NCBI GenBank assembly: GCA_964389365.1
Contig: CAYMDO010000002.1
Coordinates: 19,268-83,267, forward strand
DNA length: 64,000 bases
Reading direction: 5' to 3'
Source: an uncultured Syntrophomonadaceae bacterium
GTDB lineage: Bacteria; Bacillota; Dethiobacteria; DTU022
Below are positions 40,357 to 50,182 of this stretch, one piece after another. The position numbers and the translations under genes were made by a program. The notes beneath the pieces are model-generated. The model was not told the DNA's origin and searched no databases. It was given only the letters and a program-made list of their open reading frames with translations. Each line of letters opens with the position of its first letter. Within the stretch, counting starts at the first letter, position 1.

Positions 40357-41571
40357 TTAAAGCTTGCCGGTAAAAGTTCTGGCCAGGGGATTTTTATCAT
40401 TTAAATGATGGACAAAAAGATCTACCAGGCCGGGAAAGCGTAATAGAGTATTGGTTAAATAAAATGTCCTTCTTAAATTTTTTAGCAGCTTTTCCCGGCA
40501 TAACAGCTCGTAACGGCCGAGGGTATTTAATGAAAAATCATTGCTGTTCAAGGCCTGGTGAGCAATTTCTGCCGCAATCTGCCCCGAGAGCAGGCTGCGG
40601 TTGATCCCGCCTCCCGTCAGCGGGCTTATAAAACCGCCGGCATCGCCTACCAGCAGCGCTCCGGGAAAGGCATATTGCAGGCCCTTTTGGGAACCAAAAT
40701 TTAACGGCCAGCTGGCGATGTTTTCAAGCTTGAAGCCCGTTTTTAACCGGGGCTTGATTAACGGCATATTTAAAAAGAGGTTGAGCATCTGCTGTAAATT
40801 GTGTGACCCGCTGTGATAATGATCGAGGCGCATCCCGAGGCCGATATTGGCCCTGCTGCCGGAAAGCGGAAAAATCCAGGCGTAACCGGGCAGGATACTG
40901 CCATAGATGTAGAATTCCACTTCATGCGGGTAAAGCTCAATATTTTCAGCATAAGCCCGTATGGCGACAGCACGGTGGTTCCTGGCATGTCGTTCTCCGT
41001 TTCTCAGGGCGCGGGCCAGGGTGGAGGCAACACCGTCCGCACCGATAACAACTTTTGCTCTTATTTCGTTATTCTTTTGCCCATTGCTCACTTGCACCCC
41101 GGTTACCCGGCCGTTTTCAATGATCGGCTTTTCAGCAGTTGCCCGGTGAAACTTGGCTCCTGCCCGGATTGCTTCTTCGCGGATCAGGTTGTCAAAGTGA
41201 AAGCGTGGCGCTACGGCGGCGCTGAAACCACCGGGGCTTTTGGCCAGCGGGTAACTTCTCTCGCAGCCTTTAGGAGAAATCAGCCGCATGCGTTTCAGGG
41301 AATACATTTTGTCGCTTTTACCGGCAGCATCAAGTGCTTCCCCCATCCCGGCGCCGTAAAGCAATTCAATCGCTTTAGCCGGCAGGGCATCGCCGCAGGT
41401 TTTGTCACGTGGAAAGTCGTCTTTATCCAGCAGGATTACATCGTGGTTTTTTTCTGCTAAAAGCGCTGCCGTAAAAGCCCCGGCCGGTCCCGAGCCGACA
41501 ACCACTACTTCAGCATGCAGTTCTTTCACCATTGCATCAAACCTCACCATTACCTGATTTTTGGTCGCCAA
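40357..41571 (-). CDS. geranylgeranyl reductase family FAD-dependent oxidoreductase
   Basis: VVVVGSGPAGAFTA dinucleotide motif and PRDKTCGDALP, as in ChlP/GGR enzymes. The true start is probably M14 (41532). Confidence 0.75.
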   Translation of the reverse strand: MATKNQVMVRFDAMVKELHAEVVVVGSGPAGAFTAALLAEKNHDVILLDKDDFPRDKTCGDALPAKAIELLYGAGMGEALDAAGKSDKMYSLKRMRLISPKGCERSYPLAKSPGGFSAAVAPRFHFDNLIREEAIRAGAKFHRATAEKPIIENGRVTGVQVSNGQKNNEIRAKVVIGADGVASTLARALRNGERHARNHRAVAIRAYAENIELYPHEVEFYIYGSILPGYAWIFPLSGSRANIGLGMRLDHYHSGSHNLQQMLNLFLNMPLIKPRLKTGFKLENIASWPLNFGSQKGLQYAFPGALLVGDAGGFISPLTGGGINRSLLSGQIAAEIAHQALNSNDFSLNTLGRYELLCREKLLKNLRRTFYLTNTLLRFPGLVDLFVHHLNDKNPLARTFTGKL

Positions 41572-41583
41572 ACAGGTTAGCTG

Positions 41584-42993
41584 TTAATTGTTATCAAAAC
41601 GCTGCCGGCTTAAAGTGCCCCAGCCACCTCGTTTAAAAGTAAAATCAATCAGTCCCAGAAAACGCCACCAGCAGTGAATTTGCCGGTAAAAGAAATTCTC
41701 GGCAATCGCAAATGCAAATAGAACCAGAACATCTTTCAGCTGCGGATAACTGCGGTAATAAATCTCTTCCACCAGCAGGGCCGCTGTGGAAAGCAGGACA
41801 CCCAAAAGAACAGCCACACTGAAGAAGAGCAATACAAAGGGTAGATTAAGCAGTCCGCTGGCCAGTGCATAGATTAAAATAAGGTAACCGCCAATCTCAA
41901 TCACCGGACCCAGAAATTCGAAGAAAAGAAAGAAAGGATAGCTGATCATCCCTGCCGTTCCATACTGGGGATTTAAAAACATCTCAAAGTTATTAAATAA
42001 ACTTTCTGCAAGCCCGCGCTGCCAGCGGCGACGTTGGGTTTTCAGGCCACCATAGGTTTCGGGCACCTGGGTCCAGCATACCGGATCGGGCACAAACTGA
42101 ACCCGGTAGGGCCGTTTAATTTTTTTCATGGTCCGCTGCAGGCGGAGCACCAGTTCCATATCTTCACCGATTGTGTTGGTCAGGTAACCACCGGCAGTAA
42201 TTACCGCTTTCCTTCTAAACACGCTAAAAGCCCCTGACAAAATTAACAAACCGCCAATTAAAGACCAGCCTGCTCTGCCGAAGAGGAAAGCCCTCAAGTA
42301 CTCCACGATCTGGAACCGCACCCAGAATCGCCCGGAAAGTCTTACTGCCTTAACCATGCCTCCCTCGACAGAAGCTCCATTGGCGGCCCTGATTGTGCCG
42401 CCGGCAGCAATTACCCTCCAATCTTTTGCAAACAGGTCGGTTATTTTTAGCAGGGCTTCGCTGTCAACCAGCGAATCTGAGTCAATATTACAAAAAAGTG
42501 GGTACTGCGCTATATTAATGCCGGCATTTAGCGCATCAGATTTGCCCCCGTTTTCCTTATCGATAACCACCAGGTTTGGGTAATAGGCAGAGCGATAGAT
42601 CTTGTTAATCTTTTTTGTTTTTAGTTCTGCCCGGTAATTATCAAAACCGGGTTCAAGTGAAAATGATTCTTTTAAAACTTCTATTGTCTGATCTGTTGAT
42701 CCATCGCTGGCCACGATTACTTCAAAATCAGGATAGCGCAGAGAGAGTGTTGAACGAACCGTTTCAACGATGGTCGCTTCTTCATTATAGGCCGGGATGA
42801 TAATCGATATCGGTTTAAAGAAACTGGATTTAAAAGATAAATCACGACTGGCAATTTTTTCAGCCAGGCTGATATTTTTTATACCAAAAAAAGATATTAC
42901 CACCAGCACCAGGTAGCCCAGATTAATAGCCAGAAAATAAAGGATGATAAAGACGCTGTAGAAGATAATAAATATCTGACCACAACTCATCAG
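41584..42993 (-). CDS. processive family-2 glycosyltransferase (PgaC/cellulose-synthase-like exopolysaccharide synthase)
   Basis: DGSTDQT (DxD region) and the QRRRWQRG (QxxRW) motif, with N- and C-terminal TM helices. The start at 42993 overlaps the upstream gene's stop (ATGA). Confidence 0.8.
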   Translation of the reverse strand: MMSCGQIFIIFYSVFIILYFLAINLGYLVLVVISFFGIKNISLAEKIASRDLSFKSSFFKPISIIIPAYNEEATIVETVRSTLSLRYPDFEVIVASDGSTDQTIEVLKESFSLEPGFDNYRAELKTKKINKIYRSAYYPNLVVIDKENGGKSDALNAGINIAQYPLFCNIDSDSLVDSEALLKITDLFAKDWRVIAAGGTIRAANGASVEGGMVKAVRLSGRFWVRFQIVEYLRAFLFGRAGWSLIGGLLILSGAFSVFRRKAVITAGGYLTNTIGEDMELVLRLQRTMKKIKRPYRVQFVPDPVCWTQVPETYGGLKTQRRRWQRGLAESLFNNFEMFLNPQYGTAGMISYPFFLFFEFLGPVIEIGGYLILIYALASGLLNLPFVLLFFSVAVLLGVLLSTAALLVEEIYYRSYPQLKDVLVLFAFAIAENFFYRQIHCWWRFLGLIDFTFKRGGWGTLSRQRFDNN

Positions 42994-44135
42994 CTTACCT
43001 CTTTTGAGGCCAGCACGTAAGCGGCGATTGTGGCGGCCTTGGTTTTTGAGCCATCGGCTTTCTGAGTAAGTAAAGAAGATCCGGTACTGCCGGCAGCTAT
43101 CAGGGCCTTGGCTGCGTGGTAGCGAACCCACCAATTCTCGTCATTTAATAACTGGTCAAGCATCGGCATCATATTGTCTGCCGGGGCCAATTTAGTAGTC
43201 TGGATCGCAAAACTTCTGATCACCCAATCCTCGTTTTCCAGGTAAAGTCCGGGATTATATGAGGCCGGCAGTTTGCCTATGCGCAAAAATGCCTTCATGA
43301 TGTGAATAATAGTCTCGTTTTCCGCCCCTGCCAAAAGACAGTTCAACACCGAAAGAGCTTCAGTATAGCGGTAGTGGCCAAGCAGATCGATCAAAATCAT
43401 GATCATTAAACTCAGATCAATTTCGGCAGCTTTAGGCTTCGCTATCAGGTATCTAAAAGCGCCCTTTTTCTTGCGGGAAGCTATAAATTTCACCGGGAGT
43501 TCCCCCCGGCTGTACTTATCAAGCAGAGCCGTAATAGGCCGGCAGACTTCAATACTGAAGCGGGAGAGAATTTCTGTAATCCCTTCGTAGGTAAAATAAG
43601 AGTTACTGACCAGGGCTTTTAAAACAGGGCTGAAGACACGGGGATTATTTGAAACTGCCAACCCCTGGGCGGCGGCTAAGACAAGCAGGTGGTTTTTACT
43701 TTTCAGCATTCTAATCCGGGTTGAGATCGATTGATAGCAGCGAAAGTCACCCAGCATTTTTGCTGCTGTTGCCCGATCATAAATATTCCTTTTTAGAAGC
43801 CTTTCCCGGTAGTAGCCGATCATGCTGATCTCCCGGCAGAGGGCTTTGGTTGCTTCAAAATCCCGGCCATCGAGCATCTCTAAGTACGGGGTAAAAAATT
43901 TCCTGAAAAAATGGTAATTTTTATTCTTCAGAAACGGTTTTATTATATTGTTAAGCTCAGACTTGCCGAGGATATAATCGATAAAAAGCTTTTCCCATTT
44001 TTTTTCACAGAGGCGATACTGTTTTTCCTCGCGTGCATTTTTTATGCGTAAGATCACTATAATTGTCAGAAATGAAATAATTACAGCGCTGACCAAGTAT
44101 ATAATATAGAGCAGGATAGTTAAATAAGGATCCAT
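42990..44135 (-). CDS. single-pass membrane protein with cytoplasmic HEAT/PBS-lyase-type repeats
   Basis: N-terminal TM helix and a C-terminal NDENWWVRYHAAKALIAAG HEAT-like repeat. Confidence 0.5.
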   Translation of the reverse strand: MDPYLTILLYIIYLVSAVIISFLTIIVILRIKNAREEKQYRLCEKKWEKLFIDYILGKSELNNIIKPFLKNKNYHFFRKFFTPYLEMLDGRDFEATKALCREISMIGYYRERLLKRNIYDRATAAKMLGDFRCYQSISTRIRMLKSKNHLLVLAAAQGLAVSNNPRVFSPVLKALVSNSYFTYEGITEILSRFSIEVCRPITALLDKYSRGELPVKFIASRKKKGAFRYLIAKPKAAEIDLSLMIMILIDLLGHYRYTEALSVLNCLLAGAENETIIHIMKAFLRIGKLPASYNPGLYLENEDWVIRSFAIQTTKLAPADNMMPMLDQLLNDENWWVRYHAAKALIAAGSTGSSLLTQKADGSKTKAATIAAYVLASKEVS

Positions 44136-44141
44136 TGATAT

Positions 44142-44510
44142 TTACTCCCCGATTATTTTGTTGATCCGCGAAACCATATCATCGAGCTCAAAAGGCTTTA
44201 CTATATAATCGCTGGCTCCGGAAAGCAAAGAGTTACGCAAATCACTTTCCTTGTTTTTAACCGAAAAGATGATGATTGGTATAACCCGGCCGGCATTCCT
44301 GAGACGTCTTAGGATCTGGTTCCCGTCAAGATGCGGCATCATCATGTTTAGCAGCCCAAGATCAGCTTTTCTCGCTAAAAGCTCTTGAAGGGCCGCCTCT
44401 CCGTCGAAAGTTTGTATGACCCGGTAACCTTCCTGCTTCAGGCGGGCAGAAATCAGGTTGTTGATTCTTTTTTCGTCTTCAGCGATCAAAACAGTTTTAG
44501 ATTCTGACAT
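44142..44510 (-). CDS. stand-alone response-regulator receiver (REC) protein
   Basis: VLIAEDE ... conserved Asp in LLNMMMPHLDG ... K in IIFSVK. No output domain. Confidence 0.75.
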   Translation of the reverse strand: MSESKTVLIAEDEKRINNLISARLKQEGYRVIQTFDGEAALQELLARKADLGLLNMMMPHLDGNQILRRLRNAGRVIPIIIFSVKNKESDLRNSLLSGASDYIVKPFELDDMVSRINKIIGE

Positions 44511-44517
44511 CATTAGC

Positions 44518-45657
44518 TTAATCACCTGCCGTATCATGCAGGATGTTGGACAGCGCCGGTTCATACCACTGTAAGTAAAAACGGAATTCGATGGGCAATC
44601 CCGGCAGGTAAGACATAAACCGCTGGATCTTTGCGCTTCCTGTCAACCGCGGTGTAAGCAGGGCAGGCAATTGATCGGTAAAATCTCCGGCGAAGTAAAA
44701 GCGTTTTGCTTCACCGGGAGGGGTATAGCTGATCATGGCCGGGAAACGCTCGGGAAGGCTGCGCCTATCCAGATCTGCGCGGGCCTGATCCGGCAAAGGT
44801 ATTTCATAGTAGGCCAAAACTTCCGCTCCAGGAAGAGGTTCCAACACCTCTACCCAATAGAGATAGGGAATGTTTTGGGAAGTTCTACCTTTAAAGGGGT
44901 GGGCTGTGTAGTTGATTACCGGCCATGGTCCGGTTAGCTCTTCACCGGAAACAACAACAAGGTCGCTGCGCCAGCTGAAAGAGGGCACTTCCTCGCGCAC
45001 GAAAACCATGCCCGGACCGCGAAGGTCCCACTCGAGTCCGTAGATCTTTTCATATAACTGCTTTAGCCAGAAAGCCGCGTCATTTAGGTCGCTGTAATAA
45101 CGCCCCAGCCATCCGGTGTAGCTGACAGCAAATACAGCCTGCAGCCTTAATGAAGCATCCGGATCAAGATAGGTAGGGTAGCCGAAGATGTTATGTTCAC
45201 CGATGATCCGTTTATTTTCCTTTGTTGAAAAATATTCTATTGCTTCTACCTCGTTTAGGTCAAAGCCGCCGTAGAGCAGCTTGATATTTTGTATTTCAAA
45301 AGGCAGCTGCGCCTCGTAAAGATCAAAGCCCCCGGGATAGTCATAGATCCCGTAACTGTCTGCCAGGTAGAGCAGGTCGGCATCTGCCAGCTCTGAAAGA
45401 GTCAGGGTTTGCTTCTCACCGGTTGCCGGATGGAAGCCTAAATAATCATGGTGGAAATTGTAGAAATCACCGCCGGGTTTACTAAAACGCCTGTGTTCGG
45501 CGACCCAGAATATGGCACGGTGCTCGCGAAAGGTGGTATCGGGAACCGTTTTGTTAACAACAAGCAACTTAATTTCCTGCCTGGGGCTAAGTGGCCAATG
45601 CACCAGCCAGCTTCCGGACAGCAATATAATGATTAGCACCAGGTGCCAGCGTTTCAT
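44518..45657 (-). CDS. membrane-anchored hypothetical protein (379 aa)
   Basis: N-terminal signal-anchor MKRWHLVLIIILLSGSWLV. No recognised domain. Confidence 0.5.
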   Translation of the reverse strand: MKRWHLVLIIILLSGSWLVHWPLSPRQEIKLLVVNKTVPDTTFREHRAIFWVAEHRRFSKPGGDFYNFHHDYLGFHPATGEKQTLTLSELADADLLYLADSYGIYDYPGGFDLYEAQLPFEIQNIKLLYGGFDLNEVEAIEYFSTKENKRIIGEHNIFGYPTYLDPDASLRLQAVFAVSYTGWLGRYYSDLNDAAFWLKQLYEKIYGLEWDLRGPGMVFVREEVPSFSWRSDLVVVSGEELTGPWPVINYTAHPFKGRTSQNIPYLYWVEVLEPLPGAEVLAYYEIPLPDQARADLDRRSLPERFPAMISYTPPGEAKRFYFAGDFTDQLPALLTPRLTGSAKIQRFMSYLPGLPIEFRFYLQWYEPALSNILHDTAGD

Positions 45658-45679
45658 TAGAGGTTTCCTTTCGTTCGGC

Positions 45680-47947
45680 TCACGGAATTGTCAGTAAGTA
45701 ATCGGCTATCAGGTCATAGCTTCTTTTCAGGCGGAACTGAAAGAGCGGCTCTTCCCATCGATTCCAGTTAAAAGCTGTAATCCCGGTTTTAAATTGGTCA
45801 CCGCGTCGCGGGAAAAAGTCAAGCACGGCAGGCCATGAAAGATCATTGCTGTTTGCTGATTGTTCGCCCTGATAGTAAGTAAGGACGTAAAAATTAAAGC
45901 CGCTACCAGTTTCAATACTTAATTGATCCCTGGCCGGCAGATCATTATAATTACGGAGGTCTCTAATAACTGAACCCCCTGAAGGATCGGCAATATTCAG
46001 GAGCATCCAGGGCAGGCGGATTAAAATCCGACCATCAGGCAAGGATTCCCAGTGAGCAAGTGAGTTGTAATCTTCAGCCTCAGGATTAAAGTTACCGTAA
46101 GTGAGCGCACTCTCGTTAGCGAAAAGGGCAGGGAAATAAAGGCCTTCCAAAGTAGTTCGTTCACGGTTTACAAGGGTATTAATCGTTTCGAAATCAGCTA
46201 ATGATGAAGATTGGGGATTAAAGTTGAGTAGCCCCCTGTTATAGGAGGGAATGGCAACGAGAAGCGCTTCCCCGGGAGTTTTTAGATCAATTAGAAACTG
46301 GACCGGGCCTGGAAGTTCAGGCAGCCCGGAGAAGGGAAGCTTAAATTCACCGGCATCAGGTATTCCGCTGTTGATCCCTATAGCCAGCCCAACGATTTCC
46401 CAGGGGAACGTACCGCTCTGCCTGAATGTCGCCTGGTCTAAGGTGATTGCCAGGTAAAGAAAAGCTTCGTCGGCACCTGCTTCAAGCTTTTTAATCATCC
46501 CGAAAGTGCTTTCATGATCATCAGGAGGTGCAAATGCTTTATTATCAAAAGCTAACTGCCAGTCGCTTAATAGTTCTTCCAGGGGGCGGGCCAGGGGTTC
46601 AACGGCCAGTATCCCGTAATTTTGTTCGGGGCACATCGTGTTTTGCCAGAGAACCTGTCTTTCCCAGGGAACCATAAAAGGTTCAGTGTTCCAGGTTTTC
46701 TTAGCCCATTCATCGCTCCACTCAAAGATCAGCCCGCCGGCGTAGCCTTCATCAATGATGGAGCGCATCATCCGAACAACCATCGTGCCCTGATCGACTT
46801 CGCTCAAACCACCATGATTTAACCCTTCAGGGTTGAAATGAGCGGTGTTAAGAGAAGTGGATATGCCAAACTCGGCTATGAGCGCCGGGTAAGGGGGGTG
46901 GATAGCCATAAACTGATTAAGGTAACCCTTGTAACGAAAAACACCCTCATCGTCCCTAAAAGAGACAAAAGCCGGTTCATTGTTCATTAAATCAGGATAA
47001 TTTGGATAGACATGATAGGCGCCGAAAAACCCTGCATAATTGGATGGTCCGGAGATAAAAATATTTGGATCAACAACCTCCCGGTCATTATAGCCTGGCG
47101 TTCCGTCTGCTTCCCATTCGGTCAGGTGTGTAAGAGGATCCAGGGTAGGCCAACTGACAAAACCTACCGGGTATTGACGTTCATACTGAGAATCACAGTA
47201 AGCGGCAGCATAATTAGTCATGTCTGCCAGCCAGACTTCGGTTGCCGAAGCACCATTTCTGGTTTGCACGAAGTCGCCCTGAAAAAGAGTAAGGTCAGGA
47301 TTAGCCTTATTGGTTGCTGCAACTTCTTCCGGTTCCAGTTCGCGACCGATCAGCAGTCCCAGCAGGAAAGGAGAAACATCAACAGAGTATTTACCATAAG
47401 CCCGGTATGGTCTGGCTGGAATATCGGCATTGCCGTGGAGGGCATCAATAACCAGTTTTATCTCCTGCCGGTATTCTTCCGCATAATCCTGGTTATAAAA
47501 ATTCAGGTCAGGCACTTCATCATCAGGCCAAATCTCCTGGAAAAGCCAAAGAGTTTCATTTTCGGGATTTCTGTTATATTCTGCCAGGACGGCGTAAAAA
47601 GCGGGGTCAAGCAGGGTGTAAATTCTGATCGTATTGGCATTCATAGCGGCTATTTCTTCGATCCAGCGGGCGTATAATTCACGATCTGCCGGAAAATCAG
47701 TATACCAGCGACCGGGCAACGAGGTGCCGATGTTGACGCCTTTAACGATTAATTCCTGCCACTGATGCCCGTTGTAAATTTCAAAATATCTTTCGGCGGT
47801 TCGGGCAGAAATACAGCGGTTTCCAACAGTGGCGCATGAATTTGAAGCCTGGTTTTCCCCGTTGGTGCAGCCGGTCGGCAGGCTTAACGCCAATAATAGA
47901 GAACTTATTAAGATTACAGGGAGTAAAACAGCTCTATTAATGAGCAA
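45680..47947 (-). CDS. large lipoprotein (755 aa) with N-terminal TIM-barrel glycoside-hydrolase-like region
   Basis: Lipobox-like LSLPTGC. GVNIGTSLPGRWYTDF...NANTIRIYT is reminiscent of GH-A clan glycosidases. The C-terminal ~350 aa are unassigned. Confidence 0.5.
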   Translation of the reverse strand: MLINRAVLLPVILISSLLLALSLPTGCTNGENQASNSCATVGNRCISARTAERYFEIYNGHQWQELIVKGVNIGTSLPGRWYTDFPADRELYARWIEEIAAMNANTIRIYTLLDPAFYAVLAEYNRNPENETLWLFQEIWPDDEVPDLNFYNQDYAEEYRQEIKLVIDALHGNADIPARPYRAYGKYSVDVSPFLLGLLIGRELEPEEVAATNKANPDLTLFQGDFVQTRNGASATEVWLADMTNYAAAYCDSQYERQYPVGFVSWPTLDPLTHLTEWEADGTPGYNDREVVDPNIFISGPSNYAGFFGAYHVYPNYPDLMNNEPAFVSFRDDEGVFRYKGYLNQFMAIHPPYPALIAEFGISTSLNTAHFNPEGLNHGGLSEVDQGTMVVRMMRSIIDEGYAGGLIFEWSDEWAKKTWNTEPFMVPWERQVLWQNTMCPEQNYGILAVEPLARPLEELLSDWQLAFDNKAFAPPDDHESTFGMIKKLEAGADEAFLYLAITLDQATFRQSGTFPWEIVGLAIGINSGIPDAGEFKLPFSGLPELPGPVQFLIDLKTPGEALLVAIPSYNRGLLNFNPQSSSLADFETINTLVNRERTTLEGLYFPALFANESALTYGNFNPEAEDYNSLAHWESLPDGRILIRLPWMLLNIADPSGGSVIRDLRNYNDLPARDQLSIETGSGFNFYVLTYYQGEQSANSNDLSWPAVLDFFPRRGDQFKTGITAFNWNRWEEPLFQFRLKRSYDLIADYLLTIP

Positions 47948-48102
47948 AACCGGGTATTCACCTCGTTAAGAGCCTGTTTTTTCGATTATAGCATGACTTA
48001 GCTTCTGTTGTGCATTTTTTGCGAAATAATTGGCTAATGCAATAATAGTAATAGCCATTAACAGTTTTTGCTAATACCCGTTGCTGCAGGAAGGAGTCTG
48101 GA

Positions 48103-49197
48103 GTGAGTAGTCGCAGGCAGTTAAAGCTTACGTTGATGATCCTAATTGTCGTTGCCGGACTGCTGCTTTTTCTATCTGTTTCCGGTTGGTTATTTAATCC
48201 CGGGGCAGTGGAAAAATGCCTTCCGGCAGGGGATCCGCTGGTTATCGTCTGGGAGCTGGCTAATCCAGGCACGGACTATAACCTGATTGGAAACCTTGGT
48301 CCGGTTCAGGTGGTTGCGCCGACCTGGTTTCATCTGGCGGATGGCACGGGGACGGTACGCAGTGATTTTGACCTGAATTACTTGCTGTGGGCCCGTGAGC
48401 GGGGGTACCAGGTTTGGGCGTTGGTTACCAATTCATTTGACCCGGATCTGACAGCAGAACTGCTAACCGATGCCCAAAACCGGCAGCATTTTGCCGGGGA
48501 GATAGTATCACTGGCGGTAAAGCACAATCTAGGAGGGTTAAATATAGATTTTGAAAACTTTCATTACAGTTACCGTGACCACTTTACCGCTTTTATCACC
48601 GGGCTGGCAGAGCTGTGCCGCGCCGAAAACCTGGTTCTATCGGTAGATGTGACTATGCCATCCGGCTCGGAATACTGGAGCATGGGCTATGACCGGGCTG
48701 CGCTGGCTGCGGAAGCCGATTATATTATTTTGATGGCCTACGATGAGCACTGGGCCTCTTCACCTGTTGCCGGCCCGGTTGCCTCGCTGCCCTGGGTTGA
48801 AAATGGGCTACAACAGCTGTTAAATGAGGTCCCTCCCAGCAAGCTGGTTTTAGGAGTTCCCTTCTATACCAGGCTTTGGGCCATTGATGAAACCGGCACT
48901 GCGCCAGAGGTGGTAAATAGCTGGTCATATTCGATGATGCGGGCTGCTGAACTGATAGCTGAAAACGAGGCGACAACAACCTTTGATCAGCAGGCCGGTC
49001 AGCATGTGGCAGTTTATGAGAAGGAAGGGCTGACTTACAAAATGTGGCTTGAGGATCAGGCTTCTATGTTAAGCCGCCTCGAACTGGTGAAAAAATATAA
49101 CCTGGCGGGTTTGGCCGGTTGGCGTCGCGGCCTGGAGACGCCTGATATCTGGGATCTGATGGAGAGCTTCTTCGGTTATTCCGAATCCGGTGAATAA
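48103..49197 (+). CDS. glycoside hydrolase family 18-like protein, membrane anchored
   Basis: N-terminal TM segment and GH18 catalytic-type motif GGLNIDFENF (DxxDxDxE-like). Confidence 0.65.
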   Translation: MSSRRQLKLTLMILIVVAGLLLFLSVSGWLFNPGAVEKCLPAGDPLVIVWELANPGTDYNLIGNLGPVQVVAPTWFHLADGTGTVRSDFDLNYLLWARERGYQVWALVTNSFDPDLTAELLTDAQNRQHFAGEIVSLAVKHNLGGLNIDFENFHYSYRDHFTAFITGLAELCRAENLVLSVDVTMPSGSEYWSMGYDRAALAAEADYIILMAYDEHWASSPVAGPVASLPWVENGLQQLLNEVPPSKLVLGVPFYTRLWAIDETGTAPEVVNSWSYSMMRAAELIAENEATTTFDQQAGQHVAVYEKEGLTYKMWLEDQASMLSRLELVKKYNLAGLAGWRRGLETPDIWDLMESFFGYSESGE

Positions 49198-49284
49198 TTT
49201 ATGACAGCAGGGGAATGGTTGCAAAAATCCCGGAGAATAGTAAACAAGCCGGGATCAAATTGCGGTGGTCCCCATGGCAGCAGT

Positions 49285-49785
49285 TCAGGTGCCGAGCATG
49301 CCCCGCACGATCGAGCCGCTTATTTGCAGGCTCATCAGCAGGAAAAAAGTGTTCTTAACTGCCGGGGTGAAGATAAACAGAATATGTTTCAACAGCTTAA
49401 ATAAACCAAGTACGATGTAAATTATGCCTGCTACCAGTAAGGCTGATATTATACTTCCGCGGATCTCGGCCAGTGGTTTTCCAATCTGGGGGGCAACTGA
49501 GCCGATAATGATCAGCACGTTATACCACATGGCCCCGATGCCTTCAAAGACCGGCAGGCGGTGGCCGAAGTACAACTGGATGATCGAGAAGAGGCCGCAA
49601 AAGAAGAAGGTGCGCTGGATAAAACAGCTGATCTCAAGCTGATCCAGCCCGAGCCCGGTGCCGACCACGCTTGGAATTACGGCAAGGACAGTCAGTGAAA
49701 AAATAACCCACTGCAGGCTGTAAACTGCTGTTTTACTGTGCGGCGGTATATCTTCAGCTTGATATAGTAGTATTTCCTTGCTCAA
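49285..49785 (-). pseudogene. NCS2 (xanthine/uracil permease) family N-terminal fragment, 166 aa
   Basis: TM-rich segment with NCS2-like N-terminal helices. The ORF stops after ~166 aa, whereas the family is ~430 aa. Confidence 0.4.
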
Positions 49786-50182
49786 TTGATCTCCCCTGAT
49801 AAGCCGTGCTTTTTACTTATTAAAATCCGGCGTTGATCATGCCATCAATAACAGGCGCAGGCAATAAAACCGGAACGATGAGCCGCCGAAACCCTATCAC
49901 CCGCAACCCTTGGAAAAGGCAGGGCCGGGTAAAAAGCAGCATTCTGCCGGTGACAGATGCAGGAAACAAGCACCTGTGTTGCGTATTTAATAGAGCAGGT
50001 AAAGTGCCCGGTGGATCTTAAAATCGCCGCCCGCAGGGTTGCCGCGACTTCTAACCCTGACCGGCCGCCGTTGCAGTATGCGGTACATGATATAAAAGGT
50101 GCTATTGCTTTTTCAGGCGGCGGAGGGTAGGTTAAACTTTCGGCGACTGCCGCTAAAACGGGCAGAGAGGAGAAGTAACAAA

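Noticed and set aside
40601-41460. Plus-strand ORFs (40813..41460 etc.) overlapping the geranylgeranyl reductase gene
   Set aside because: Shadow ORFs; the minus-strand GGR has clear FAD-binding motifs.
49786-50182. Possible riboswitch (purine or THF) between the permease fragment and ftcD
   Set aside because: Could not match the sequence to purine or THF riboswitch consensus cores by eye. Left uncalled.
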